64,000 nt of DNA from the IMG/VR virus record IMGVR_UViG_3300008110_000044. One strand, given 5' to 3'. Below are positions 20,432 through 30,287 of the stretch, piece after piece; position 1 is the first letter of the stretch; each line of letters begins with the position of its first letter. Made by a program: the position numbers and the translations under genes. The notes beneath the pieces are model-generated. The model was given only the letters and a program-made list of their open reading frames with translations. It had not been told where the DNA came from and did no database searches. The DNA is from an uncultured virus (IMG/VR IMGVR_UViG_3300008110_000044) (lineage: Duplodnaviria; Heunggongvirae; Uroviricota; Caudoviricetes).

Positions 20432-23170
20432 TTATTTAGATTTCTTTCCAGAATCGTACTTATTCTTATTTTCACGAGCTATTTGTAGCTGTTTGTCAGC
20501 TATTTCTTTTTGAGCCTGAAGTCTTTCTCTCTCAATATTAACCTTTTGTGTATTCTGATTATTTCTATTTACCTCTTGCTCACGCTTAAAGTTCATAGTA
20601 TCCTGGTAGTTATCCTGTTTTTGAATATTTACCATGGCATCTTGATAATCAGACATCTGATTTTGGTTTATATCTGATGAAGCTCCATATCCAGCAGACC
20701 TTATTTGAGCTACAGTAAGTTGAGCTTGACGGTCAAGTTCAGCTTGCTCAGCTTTAAACTGAATATCCATTTGCTTCTGACGTTCTTGACTAGCTAACAT
20801 TTCTTGTTGTAGCTGCTGCTGTTGTTGTTGCTCTGCTTGTTTTTGAGCAAGAGTTTTCTCTTCAGCAGACTTAAGAACACCTGTAAGTTCAGCTATAGAC
20901 TCAGACTTGATTACGTTTCCTAAATCATATATAGAAGCTCCAGTTGTATTATTATTTAGAGCAAGCTGTTTAAGCTGCTCCATTATAGCACGAGAGTTAG
21001 TCTTTGTTGTACAGAAAATATTTAGATCTCTCATTAAAAGATCTGTTCCGTTTATTTGGAAGTTTACTTTCTCATCAGCAGATGTAATATAGCTAAGTCT
21101 TACACTAGGCTTCTTTGCATGGTAATATTGGGCAAGATCAGTTCTCATTTGGTGAACTCTTGGCATCAAATTATCACTATGCTGAATAAAGTATTGTTCT
21201 GTTTGAGCATATGAAGCATTCATAGCTTGCTCTACACCAGTAGCAGTTTGTTGACCAATCTGTTGTCCCATACGTTGAGGATTCAGACCAATAACTTCAA
21301 AAGCTTGTGTCTTAAAATAAGTAGCTAGGTTAATACGAGAAAGTAAACGATTAGTCTGTTCAAGGTTAAGAACCTGATAATGCTGGAAGTTTAGAGCATT
21401 CTCTGTATTTGTAATAGAAGTATCCAGGGGTAACATCTGGAAGTTCTTCATTGCCACATAGGCTTTGGCCAGATTATTTTTACCCCAGTCTTCTCCCATA
21501 GAGTGACGAGGTAAAGTGTTCTGGTCAAAAAGAATAACTGTACCTAGCTCATCCACAAGAATGTCAGCTATTTGGTTATTCACAATATTGTAACCTATCT
21601 GGTATGGCTTCATAAGATCAACCAATGAAATACTGCGGGTGTTTCTATCACCAAATACAGAACCTTCCACTGGAAGCTTACAACCATAAAGTGTAGCATC
21701 TCCTTTAAACTGGAATGGAATACGTCCTGGTTTACCACCGTTAAGTCCAAGGTAAATAGGATTAATACCTCCAGGATTATTTTGACCCCAGAAAGCAGGA
21801 CGATTAGGTCCAATCTTAATACCTCCCCAGGTTTCGTTAATCCAGATCCAGTCAATATGTTCGCCAAAGATTAAAGTATCTTTGGTCTTTTGTTTATAAA
21901 GGCTTGTGTTATAAAGAGGCTTATCTGTTACTTTGTACTTTTCAGATACAATTTCCTGAATAGTTTCTCCTTCTTCAGTAATCTTTGTTAAGTGACCTAC
22001 TTTACGTTGAGACTTCCAATAGATTGTAGATACTCTTAGCATATGAGTCTTTCCAAAATCAATAGTATCTTCTGAGTCAGACAGTATCCACTCTACAATA
22101 TCTCCTGTGCCAAATTGGGCGTCATAAACAGATGTAAACTGGCGATAAGCTAAGCTAGGCATTTGCGTATTCCACTCATGAGATCTGGTAGGGTCATAGT
22201 AAGTACCGTCATTTTGATATCCTTGTACAGCATACCCAGCTGAACGTACCGGATAAATAGCTTCTAAAGCCTCTAACTGCTCTTGAGTCATCATCCAACC
22301 ATACTTATCAATCACGTCTGATACAGATAGTAAATCCATCTTACCTACCCAGTTACCCTGAGAGATATAACGTACATCTGGAGATTTATGATAGAATGTA
22401 AGAAGTGGGTTCCAAAGTTCTACTTCGTAATCATCTTCATTCATTCTAAAATGCCAAAACTCACGATCAGAAGTGAGCATATCTCTGAATGCTCTCTCTT
22501 CTAATTCTTGCATTTTAAATCTTTCTTCGTCTACAGACATCTGATGAGATGCCCACTCTTCTATAAGAGAACGATAATCCTTTTTAAAGAAGTCTTCTAT
22601 TTCAGGTAAAGATTTAAGATTCTGTGGATTCATAGCTTGTTGAGCCTCTTCAGAATCCATAGACACACCCTGGTTGACTAACTGAGTCATGATTTTTACC
22701 TCTGCTTGCTGAACTAAAACATCTTCAAGCATCTGACGTTTAGCTTCTAGCATCTCATTATAGGAGATATCATCAACTGCTCTAAACATAATACGTGAGC
22801 TTCTTTTAGAAAACTCATTACATAAAACATTTACAACATTTGGGATAATAGGGTAAAACTTAAGCTCAAGAGCTGACATATCCTCCTTTGTAAGAGTATC
22901 TATCAGATCTGCCATCTCATTATCTTCTTCTACAATATAGTCTGACTTGTCAATAATACCTTTGGCAAGCTTATAGTTCTTCATAAGCCTGCGAGCATTA
23001 CGTCTAAGCTGTTTCATCCCCTGAAACTCTAGCCAATCTAGGTTCCATGCTCTCCATTCTTCATCCTTTTCAGTCTCTGGTAGAAACTGAATAGGCTGGG
23101 TAAGGGTACCCATTTTGTTATAGTCGGCCTTTTTTCCAGCCTTTAAGTCAAGAGCATTATATATCTGCAT
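20432..23170 (-). CDS. Portal protein
   Basis: 912 aa, FYPIIPNVVNVL and SLVDLMKPYQIGYN motifs, Q-rich C-terminal coiled coil; downstream of TerL. Confidence 0.85.
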   Translation of the reverse strand: MQIYNALDLKAGKKADYNKMGTLTQPIQFLPETEKDEEWRAWNLDWLEFQGMKQLRRNARRLMKNYKLAKGIIDKSDYIVEEDNEMADLIDTLTKEDMSALELKFYPIIPNVVNVLCNEFSKRSSRIMFRAVDDISYNEMLEAKRQMLEDVLVQQAEVKIMTQLVNQGVSMDSEEAQQAMNPQNLKSLPEIEDFFKKDYRSLIEEWASHQMSVDEERFKMQELEERAFRDMLTSDREFWHFRMNEDDYEVELWNPLLTFYHKSPDVRYISQGNWVGKMDLLSVSDVIDKYGWMMTQEQLEALEAIYPVRSAGYAVQGYQNDGTYYDPTRSHEWNTQMPSLAYRQFTSVYDAQFGTGDIVEWILSDSEDTIDFGKTHMLRVSTIYWKSQRKVGHLTKITEEGETIQEIVSEKYKVTDKPLYNTSLYKQKTKDTLIFGEHIDWIWINETWGGIKIGPNRPAFWGQNNPGGINPIYLGLNGGKPGRIPFQFKGDATLYGCKLPVEGSVFGDRNTRSISLVDLMKPYQIGYNIVNNQIADILVDELGTVILFDQNTLPRHSMGEDWGKNNLAKAYVAMKNFQMLPLDTSITNTENALNFQHYQVLNLEQTNRLLSRINLATYFKTQAFEVIGLNPQRMGQQIGQQTATGVEQAMNASYAQTEQYFIQHSDNLMPRVHQMRTDLAQYYHAKKPSVRLSYITSADEKVNFQINGTDLLMRDLNIFCTTKTNSRAIMEQLKQLALNNNTTGASIYDLGNVIKSESIAELTGVLKSAEEKTLAQKQAEQQQQQQLQQEMLASQERQKQMDIQFKAEQAELDRQAQLTVAQIRSAGYGASSDINQNQMSDYQDAMVNIQKQDNYQDTMNFKREQEVNRNNQNTQKVNIERERLQAQKEIADKQLQIARENKNKYDSGKKSK

Positions 23171-23175
23171 GATTA

Positions 23176-23454
23176 TTAATTATTTAGATCAGTTCCAGTC
23201 TGATTACTTATTGGAGAATTATATGTTGAAAGAATACCTGATGATCCTGATGAAACGGTAATTGTTCCAATATTAGGATAAATATATGGATTAGTAACTG
23301 TCCAAGGAGTGGTTGTACTTGGAGTATATACAGGACCTTCTTCTGGCTCTTCCTCTTTTAAAAGAAGCAAAGCTTCCTCTAAAGTAAGGGAGCTTTCTTT
23401 AATTAAACGAGACAAAATAGTTACTTTCTGTGCATGTAAAGGAACATTATCCAT
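23176..23454 (-). CDS. Hypothetical protein
   Basis: 92-aa ORF coupled to the TerL stop. Confidence 0.55.
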   Translation of the reverse strand: MDNVPLHAQKVTILSRLIKESSLTLEEALLLLKEEEPEEGPVYTPSTTTPWTVTNPYIYPNIGTITVSSGSSGILSTYNSPISNQTGTDLNN

Positions 23455-25673
23455 TATCTTATATTTTTAAAAGGGTTTCTAGGTGGTCTCATACCTGCAG
23501 AACTCCCTTTTGAAGACCCCATGTGTCTAAAAGGTCCCCAATTTAATTTACTAAATTTCTGGGAGTTATCCAAGTTTTCCTTTGTAACTTCTATACGTTT
23601 AGCCAATCCTCTATTAGCTTGCTGCACTTTAGCAAAGGCTACCAAAGAGCAAAAAGCTACCAATCGGTCAACGTTCACACCATCCTGATATGCCTGCATC
23701 TCTTTTAGAAGCATTATATCAGGTATTCTTTCTACGCCATATATTGTTTTTATAATCTCTCCGTCTGGTTTTGTCTCATGATCTAACTCTTCTTTTAGGA
23801 ACTCTATACCATAAGAAAGAATATTTCCTTTAAAAAGAGTACCTACGTTCTTCCAGCCGTATTCCTGAAATACGTTTCTATTTGCTCCAAGATCTTTTAA
23901 GAACAAAATCATGTCTTTTGGTACAAGATATCTTTGCTTTTTACGGCTAATCATGTATTGTATGAATAAAGCTACGTTGTTCTCTACAATAGTCCAAGCG
24001 TTATACCACTCTATTAAAAGCTCTAATCTTTCATGAGTTTTGTTAAGATCATCAAAACGTCCACACCATGAGGCTACAATTCTATCTCTTTCTATGGTAT
24101 TTGTTACTTTACCATTACCCTCATCTTTAATTATTTCAACAGGATTCTTGTAAATATATATGGCACATAGTGATTCTGAAGTAGTAGTCTTACCTTCTCC
24201 TACAGGATCTACTGAGCCATAATACATTCCAAACTGAGGATCTTTAACAGGTCTTTCATAAATACAAACAACTCCTTCTTTGTCTTCTGTTTTCTTAGAT
24301 ATAGGAAACTCCATAATAGGAGTTTTTCTTGAAGGTTTGTCTACTATCTTTCCTTCAGAGTTTCTATATAAATCCAGATACTCAACAGAATAATCTTTAT
24401 CCTGTATTCTTTGCATTTGTTTAGAAACTAGGTGTGGAGGAAATATAGATTCTTTTCTAGTAGCAAAAGCTTCTTCTATGTTAGTTGGTTTCTGAGATAT
24501 CCTAAGCTGATATTGCTCAGGAGTTAGATCTCGCTTCCATTTTATTCTTTCTTCTTTAATAGCTTCTAAAGCTTCTTCAACTTTAGAATTACCATATTGA
24601 TCTATAAAAGGAGGCATTGACCACTGTTCAGGAATAAACAATCCTGTCTTTCCTATAGTTCCTTCTTTATCTATTAGATCAGATGGTACTGCATAAATAT
24701 CATTAGCTTCTGGTTGAAGTACCATAAGCTTAAGTGGTTCACAAGCATCAAGATCACCCACTGAACCAGCAGCTATAAACATACCTGTTGTAATCATACC
24801 ACTCTGCATAGCAGGTCTCATATACTCATAAGTAAGATCCATCTTTGGAGCAATCCCTCCTTCCTCATGAAAGAAATAAGTACAAGGACCACCTACACCA
24901 TTTGTTGGATCTTTTTCAAAAGAGGTACCTGTAAGAATAGATCTATTTCCTTTATAAGTATCTCTTCCATTTATTCTTACTTTGATACGCTGCTGCCAAG
25001 AAAATACTTTATCAGGATCACTTGGTCTATACCAAGCAGTATGTTCATTAAGAAATGTACGATACTCTGTAAGCATACGCCAAGTACCTTTCTCAGATAT
25101 ATAATCTTTTAGACTCGCTCCCATTTTAAGAACAGCACCTTCTTCAAAGACCCACATGTTAATTAGCTTAGCTGCATGAAAATAAGAGGAAGCAATCTGA
25201 CGTTTCTTTAAAATAGCAGAGTGTCTATAGTGTAGCTCAGCTAACTGTTCATAAAGAGCCATGTGATACTGAGCATCTCTTACCTTAGCAAAGTCAAACC
25301 TCTTTTCTTCTTTGTCATAAATAGGCAAGAAGTTTAACCACATATAGTAGTCTCGCGACAAATACCAAGTTTTCGTGACATTATTCACGACACTTTTTAC
25401 TATTATACCACTTCTGCATCTTTTCTTTTGCTCATTCCAATAGTTTATAAAGTCTTTTGTCTTTATAGGAGCTGGGCAATAGAAACCTTGTTGCTGAAAC
25501 TTTTTAGCTTCAGCATTAAATATTAAAGAAGTTTCGTCAAAATCATATTGACCAGGTTCTTTAAATAAAGAAAGAACAAAGTCTCTAAACTCCTCTCTGC
25601 TATAGAAAGTAGTTAGATCCCATTGACCATTTTGATAAGTTGGTACTTCTATATAAATATTAGATAAGGTCAC
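23454..25673 (-). CDS. terL: Terminase large subunit
   Basis: LKKRQIASS (Walker A variant), FFHEEGG (Walker B), nuclease GSVDPVG and C-terminal VNVDRLVA. Confidence 0.9.
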   Translation of the reverse strand: MTLSNIYIEVPTYQNGQWDLTTFYSREEFRDFVLSLFKEPGQYDFDETSLIFNAEAKKFQQQGFYCPAPIKTKDFINYWNEQKKRCRSGIIVKSVVNNVTKTWYLSRDYYMWLNFLPIYDKEEKRFDFAKVRDAQYHMALYEQLAELHYRHSAILKKRQIASSYFHAAKLINMWVFEEGAVLKMGASLKDYISEKGTWRMLTEYRTFLNEHTAWYRPSDPDKVFSWQQRIKVRINGRDTYKGNRSILTGTSFEKDPTNGVGGPCTYFFHEEGGIAPKMDLTYEYMRPAMQSGMITTGMFIAAGSVGDLDACEPLKLMVLQPEANDIYAVPSDLIDKEGTIGKTGLFIPEQWSMPPFIDQYGNSKVEEALEAIKEERIKWKRDLTPEQYQLRISQKPTNIEEAFATRKESIFPPHLVSKQMQRIQDKDYSVEYLDLYRNSEGKIVDKPSRKTPIMEFPISKKTEDKEGVVCIYERPVKDPQFGMYYGSVDPVGEGKTTTSESLCAIYIYKNPVEIIKDEGNGKVTNTIERDRIVASWCGRFDDLNKTHERLELLIEWYNAWTIVENNVALFIQYMISRKKQRYLVPKDMILFLKDLGANRNVFQEYGWKNVGTLFKGNILSYGIEFLKEELDHETKPDGEIIKTIYGVERIPDIMLLKEMQAYQDGVNVDRLVAFCSLVAFAKVQQANRGLAKRIEVTKENLDNSQKFSKLNWGPFRHMGSSKGSSAGMRPPRNPFKNIR

Positions 25674-25893
25674 TGCTTCTTGTTATTTCATGTATCATTT
25701 CTACGTCACCTTTTGATTTATGCAAAAGATCTATTAGAACGTTTAAATGTTTAGCTCTAAGAATATTATTACCCTCATAACCATTCCAATAGTTTACGTA
25801 TAAGTCTCTAGGTATGGCACTCCATACATCTGCAAACGGATTGTAATGAAATACCCAGTCGTGTAAATAGCCATTTGTAATTTCTTCTTTCAT
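25660..25893 (-). CDS. Hypothetical protein
   Basis: 77-aa ORF overlapping the TerL start. Confidence 0.55.
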   Translation of the reverse strand: MKEEITNGYLHDWVFHYNPFADVWSAIPRDLYVNYWNGYEGNNILRAKHLNVLIDLLHKSKGDVEMIHEITRSSDLI

Positions 25894-25909
25894 AGTTTAT
25901 TTTTTTTAG

Positions 25910-25991
25910 TGCCCCATAAGAGACTCGAACTCTTATACCTTGCGGCACCAGATCCTAAGTCTGGCGTGTCTACCAATTTCACCAACGGGGC
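25910..25991 (-). tRNA. tRNA-Leu(TAG)
   Basis: GCCCCGT acceptor, CCAGA-CTTAGGA-TCTGG anticodon arm, long variable arm, TTCGAGT T-loop, A73; CCA not encoded. Confidence 0.93.
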
Positions 25992-25996
25992 TATAG

Positions 25997-26067
25997 TTGC
26001 GGGGCCTAGAGTCGAACTAGGATTTCTGGGTTATGAGCCCAATGTGCTACCGTTACACCACCCCGCG
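25997..26067 (-). tRNA. tRNA-fMet(CAT), initiator type
   Basis: CGCGGGG acceptor with C1-A72 mismatch, GGG/CCC anticodon stem, CTCATAA loop. Confidence 0.93.
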
Positions 26068-26080
26068 ATAATTATTTAAG

Positions 26081-26175
26081 CTGTAGGGGGAGGATTTGAA
26101 CCTCCAAATGAGCAGGGACTCCCCGCTCCCGCCTCCGAGACTGGGAGGTGCGTCTGCCAATTTCGCCACCCTACA
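26081..26175 (-). tRNA. Atypical class-II tRNA-like RNA, nominal anticodon GTC (Asp)
   Basis: TGTAGGG/CCCTACA acceptor, D-loop GG, CCTCC-CAGTCTC-GGAGG, 8-bp variable stem, GGAGG-TTCAAAT-CCTCC, G73. Confidence 0.75.
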
Positions 26176-26688
26176 TTATTGATCATATGCTAAGTTCTGG
26201 CCACCACGTACTTGACTTTGCTGTTCTTCCTCAAGATCTCTGAGAGTTCCTTTGAAACTCTGACGTATAGCTTCAAACTTTGATGCTGCGTTAACAAGTG
26301 CCGTAATGTTACCATCTCTACCATGCTCAATCTCTGTGGTCTCCATATATTTAGCAAGACGGTCAAGCATACTTTTAATTCCCGCATATGCTCGGTACGT
26401 TGGTGTTTCATAAAGTTTACGACACATCGTAAGCCCATTGACAATAAGATCTTCATCAGTTGAAAACTCAGCACCAACCTCCTGAAGTATAATTTCTTCT
26501 TTTTCTGTTTCTGGTACATCAAAGAATGGGTTTAAATCTGGATTAGGACAAGTCATATAAAACAGATACGCATATATCTGTAAATATTCGGTAGGATATC
26601 CGATCATGATATCATGCAAAAACTTCAAAGTAAAACAGTGTTCACTTGCAGTTACTTGTCCGTTTTGTATATCAAATAGTCTAATCAT
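26176..26688 (-). CDS. Conserved hypothetical protein (possible terminase small subunit)
   Basis: 170-aa helical protein upstream of TerL; function inferred from position only. Confidence 0.45.
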   Translation of the reverse strand: MIRLFDIQNGQVTASEHCFTLKFLHDIMIGYPTEYLQIYAYLFYMTCPNPDLNPFFDVPETEKEEIILQEVGAEFSTDEDLIVNGLTMCRKLYETPTYRAYAGIKSMLDRLAKYMETTEIEHGRDGNITALVNAASKFEAIRQSFKGTLRDLEEEQQSQVRGGQNLAYDQ

Positions 26689-27304
26689 CGTTTGTCTTTA
26701 TATTGTAATAATAAGAGTCTGTATCTTCACTCACCCATTTATCAGATACTGTTTCTACACTCTTTAGTTCTGTATCAACTTTTATTTCTTTTGGTTCAAT
26801 TGGAAAAGATTTTGTTATCCAGTTAGAGTCTTTCCAAAAGATTCTATTGTTAGGTTGGCATAATAAATAACCATCATCTGCTACAAGTATATGCCCACAC
26901 TTATAATCACTTGGTTCATCTGAGTATGAGTTCTTGTACCAGTCTACTGTAAATAAATAGGTAGCCCATATTTTAGAACCATCTCTTAAAACTACTTGGC
27001 ACTTCTTCTCGTATAAATAGTCATAAGTAATAACTGATACGTTCTCACTAAAACAATCCCATAGTTGTTTAAAATGAAAAGGTACATCTGAAACAGGTTT
27101 ATGTAAATATATTTCACTAATAGGTACTCTTGATCTTAACATACCATAGTCTGTCATCAAGTGAAAGGTAAGTATCTTTCCAGAGATTGATTGTACCCCA
27201 AATAAATAAGCAGAATGAAATATATCATGATCACTCGGATCTTTTGTAAAGTATGATTGCCTTACAAGACATTTCAGATTATCTATGTTATGATTTAAAA
27301 TCAT
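26681..27304 (-). CDS. Hypothetical protein
   Basis: 207-aa ORF with QLWDCFS and QPNNRIFW motifs. Confidence 0.6.
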   Translation of the reverse strand: MILNHNIDNLKCLVRQSYFTKDPSDHDIFHSAYLFGVQSISGKILTFHLMTDYGMLRSRVPISEIYLHKPVSDVPFHFKQLWDCFSENVSVITYDYLYEKKCQVVLRDGSKIWATYLFTVDWYKNSYSDEPSDYKCGHILVADDGYLLCQPNNRIFWKDSNWITKSFPIEPKEIKVDTELKSVETVSDKWVSEDTDSYYYNIKTNDD

Positions 27305-28137
27305 TAACTCTTTGTCTTTAGTTTATGACGGTTATCTTCTAACCAATGCAAACAAGAAATAACTTCTTGCTTTAAATAAGGAAGGTCATACTGCACAATA
27401 TCTTTTACTATTGGATCACCATTTGTATCAAGAGCAGTGATTGGATTACCAAACTTATCTTTGTCTACTTCTTCAAACATAATATGATGAATTGTTAGAC
27501 TTCCAAACTTTAACTTTGGGTTGTGCTTCAGTATAATAAACATGTAAAGACTTAACTGTAATGCATAGTGATTAAGATTACAATCATCAAGGTGAGTAAC
27601 TGGTGCGGTCATCTTTTGAGTAATGCCTTCCCAGTTTGTATATCCTTCTACTTTAATTTCTTTGTTTGTCTTATAATCAGTAATGTGTACTTCTCCGTTT
27701 ACTACTTCTACCAAATCTGACTGACCACATATACCAGCTGACTTTAGATAAACCATATGTTCTGGATACACACCATTAGAAAGCTTTTGGTTTGGAGAAT
27801 ATTTTATTCCTTCTCTTTCTATTGGTTTATACACAGGTATAACAGTACCATGTCTCTCCATAGTCTCTACTTCACATATGTCTCTTTCTCTACAGTTATG
27901 ATACCAGGTTCCAAGAGTTGTTGCACGATTAGCTTCTGATTTCCATGCATCCTTTATTTCTTCAGGAGTCATACCATACCATTTGCTCTTCTTGCTCTTA
28001 CTTGATTTCTCTGCTATAATATCTGCTTCAAAAGGTTGTTTGAAGTTGGATATAAAAGAGGTTACACTTAACCAATTAATACCATCGGGTTCTACACTAC
28101 TGTACTTGTGATGTTGTGGGGTGAATGTAATTATCAT
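27304..28137 (-). CDS. PD-(D/E)XK exonuclease
   Basis: SVTSFI, GTWYH, ICGQSDLV, ITDYKT and YALQLSLY (RecB/Cas4-like) motifs. Confidence 0.85.
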   Translation of the reverse strand: MIITFTPQHHKYSSVEPDGINWLSVTSFISNFKQPFEADIIAEKSSKSKKSKWYGMTPEEIKDAWKSEANRATTLGTWYHNCRERDICEVETMERHGTVIPVYKPIEREGIKYSPNQKLSNGVYPEHMVYLKSAGICGQSDLVEVVNGEVHITDYKTNKEIKVEGYTNWEGITQKMTAPVTHLDDCNLNHYALQLSLYMFIILKHNPKLKFGSLTIHHIMFEEVDKDKFGNPITALDTNGDPIVKDIVQYDLPYLKQEVISCLHWLEDNRHKLKTKS

Positions 28138-28463
28138 ATACCTAGTTTACTGTTTAACATATCCTCTTCGCTCTGATCCATCTCTGCTTTCCAATGACCC
28201 TTTGGACATTCTGAACTAAGTGATCTGGTTTTAAATTTTAAAGAGCATCCGCATCCACCAAGTTCTTGATTGCAACATGGAGTAGTGCCAGGTACCATAC
28301 ATCCTTTATCATTCTCTGTATAAAGATCACAAAAGAAACATATCTTCATTCTTTCTTCTGCAATGGCTTCAACATCTTCTTTCTTAAATACAGAATTAGT
28401 GATCCCCTCCAGTATCTGGTTCTTGCTCTTCCATATTCTGATCACGTTGTCTCGTAGACTCAT
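28134..28463 (-). CDS. Cys-rich Zn-binding protein
   Basis: RMKICFFC...GCGC...KTRSLSSECPKGHW. Confidence 0.65.
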   Translation of the reverse strand: MSLRDNVIRIWKSKNQILEGITNSVFKKEDVEAIAEERMKICFFCDLYTENDKGCMVPGTTPCCNQELGGCGCSLKFKTRSLSSECPKGHWKAEMDQSEEDMLNSKLGI

Positions 28464-28827
28464 ATGCTGTTCTTTTGTGCATTTTAATAAATTCAGCTCT
28501 TTGGTTTTCTTCTTCCATGATCTTCTTTAGATTCCTAAGATCGTAGAGAGTCTCTGCTGTTTTATAACGAGCTGTCATCTGCTGTAAACCTTTTTGTCTG
28601 TTGTTCTCTTCAAACTTTTCAAGCATTTCTATCTTGTCATCTAACTTCCAATGTTTAATTGTAAAGTCACCAAGATTTGTTAAATGTACTCTTGAGTGTT
28701 TGAGACTACTCAGACTTTTTCTTACTTCTTGCCAGTAGTAGGAGATAATAGCTTCGGTGGCTTCTTTTGAAAGATTTGTTTCCTTGGCTACTTCTGGTAT
28801 AAACTCTTTTGATTTTTTAGGACGCAA
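28396..28827 (-). CDS. HU/IHF-like DNA-binding protein
   Basis: FIPEVAKETNLSK...RVHLTNLGDF resembles the HU/IHF N-terminal fold. Confidence 0.6.
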   Translation of the reverse strand: MRPKKSKEFIPEVAKETNLSKEATEAIISYYWQEVRKSLSSLKHSRVHLTNLGDFTIKHWKLDDKIEMLEKFEENNRQKGLQQMTARYKTAETLYDLRNLKKIMEEENQRAEFIKMHKRTAYESTRQRDQNMEEQEPDTGGDH

Positions 28828-29179
28828 CGCATAAGAATTTATAATCCAGTAATATATTTCCAGAAGAGCTAACCTTCATTTCAGGATTAATATAAATTTT
28901 CTTCTTATTCTTTCCTTCCTTTTTTATCAGATTCTTTTTCTCAGCCTTGGTCAAACAATTACGCACAGACTGGGTTGAGGAAAATATCTTTTTATCAAAA
29001 GCTTTATTACAAAAACTTGTTAACTCTTGGTCTCCTTCTATAGCAAGTAGTGTGAGGCAGTTTAAGTCTGCCTCACTTACAGGTATATCATACAGATAGC
29101 AGTGCGTAAGAATCTGATACTTGACAACCTGCCAAGTATTCATTCTTACTCTTTTATCTACCTGATTAACTATTGCCAT
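28817..29179 (-). CDS. Winged-helix DNA-binding protein
   Basis: QSVRNCLTKAEKKNLIKK...IYINP. Confidence 0.5.
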   Translation of the reverse strand: MAIVNQVDKRVRMNTWQVVKYQILTHCYLYDIPVSEADLNCLTLLAIEGDQELTSFCNKAFDKKIFSSTQSVRNCLTKAEKKNLIKKEGKNKKKIYINPEMKVSSSGNILLDYKFLCVAS

Positions 29180-29610
29180 TATAAATCTATTTTAAAGCTC
29201 ATATAATCTTCCCCTGTCTTACCCCAGTTTTTGTAGAGTAATATAGGTTCTGCTCCCAGATTTTCAAAGATGTGCCAGGATGCTCCCTTTCTTGCTTCTC
29301 CTATAAGATGTTCGTACTTCATATCCTTTGCCCACTCTAAGACGGTAGAGACAAGTTCATATCCCAAACCTTTTCCTCGGTGTGCCGGTAGTACGGTAAA
29401 ACTATCTATATGAGCTACGTTGTCTGAACTCCAAGTCATAATAGCTTCTGCCATAAGTCCCTTCTTATCTCGGAACCATATACCTTGACATTCTTTATTT
29501 TCTTGGAGCATGAAAAGTTTATACTTCTCATCCCAGCGTAGTTCTTTGGGATGCTCCCGTTCAAAGACAACTGTTTCCTTGTAATCTCTGAGCTTATAGA
29601 GCGTATTCAT
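29179..29610 (-). CDS. GNAT acetyltransferase
   Basis: TVLPAHRGKGLGYELV acetyl-CoA motif and IFENLG. Confidence 0.85.
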   Translation of the reverse strand: MNTLYKLRDYKETVVFEREHPKELRWDEKYKLFMLQENKECQGIWFRDKKGLMAEAIMTWSSDNVAHIDSFTVLPAHRGKGLGYELVSTVLEWAKDMKYEHLIGEARKGASWHIFENLGAEPILLYKNWGKTGEDYMSFKIDL

Positions 29611-29862
29611 TTATTTTTCTTTTTTAAGACTTCTAGAAGTTTTTGGTTCCTCGTCTTCTTCCTCTTCTTTTGGAGGAGCTGTAATTTGGGCTATGAATGA
29701 AAGAGCCTTAAGTTCCTCAGCTCTACCCACAGCTAAAGCGGTGTTTAGTTCCTGAAGCTCAAGCTGTACTCTCTTAACCTCAATTTGTTCTTGGAAGAAG
29801 TTAATGACCTCTTCTTTGCTTGGGGCCTTTTGTTCTTCTTGTTCTAAATTTTCTGTGCTCAT
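29611..29862 (-). CDS. Hypothetical coiled-coil protein
   Basis: 83-aa ORF in operon. Confidence 0.55.
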   Translation of the reverse strand: MSTENLEQEEQKAPSKEEVINFFQEQIEVKRVQLELQELNTALAVGRAEELKALSFIAQITAPPKEEEEDEEPKTSRSLKKEK

Positions 29863-29881
29863 TGTTCTTTGGTTTTAATTA

Positions 29882-30172
29882 TTAAAGACTAATATCCCCC
29901 GCGTCCGTATCAGACGGACCCGCGTGATAAAGTTGAAACATAGTTAGGAATTCTTCATAGGGAGTATCAATAACATAAGTATCCCCATGGTCGGTAAATA
30001 TAGTCGTACAATTATACACCATCTCTTCCTCGTCATCCGTGGTGAGCTTACAGGCAATAACTACATCTATATGAAAAGCAAAAGACAGCCACTTACCTTT
30101 ATCAGGTATACCCATTAGATCAGCTTTCTCTATATCTATCGTGTGGCAATGGATGTTACAAGTGTGTATCAT
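29882..30172 (-). CDS. Hypothetical protein
   Basis: First gene of the minus-strand block; likely ATG at 30172. Confidence 0.55.
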   Translation of the reverse strand: MIHTCNIHCHTIDIEKADLMGIPDKGKWLSFAFHIDVVIACKLTTDDEEEMVYNCTTIFTDHGDTYVIDTPYEEFLTMFQLYHAGPSDTDAGDISL

Positions 30173-30193
30173 AGACTTTGGTTTTATGTCAGG

Positions 30194-30209
30194 GTACAAT
30201 TAAATATAC
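30194..30209 (-). promoter_or_regulatory. Candidate late promoter GTATATTTAATTGTAC
   Basis: Variant of the recurrent motif; flanking TTTAAACTCT..AAATTTA also shared with the 20346 site. Confidence 0.5.
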
Positions 30210-30267
30210 CTAAAAAGTTTAAACTCTCCAAATTTACTTATTATTACCTATTACTCTATACCCCCAT

Positions 30268-30287
30268 TTATCAACAGCTGTGCATAA
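30268..30287. promoter_or_regulatory. Inverted pair of DnaA-box-like 9-mers
   Basis: TTATCAACA-GC-TGTGCATAA, each within one mismatch of TTATCCACA, at the divergent strand switch. Confidence 0.45.

Noticed and set aside
20411..20440. dif/XerCD site for the 17-bp motif
   Set aside because: No TTATGTTAAAT-like XerD arm
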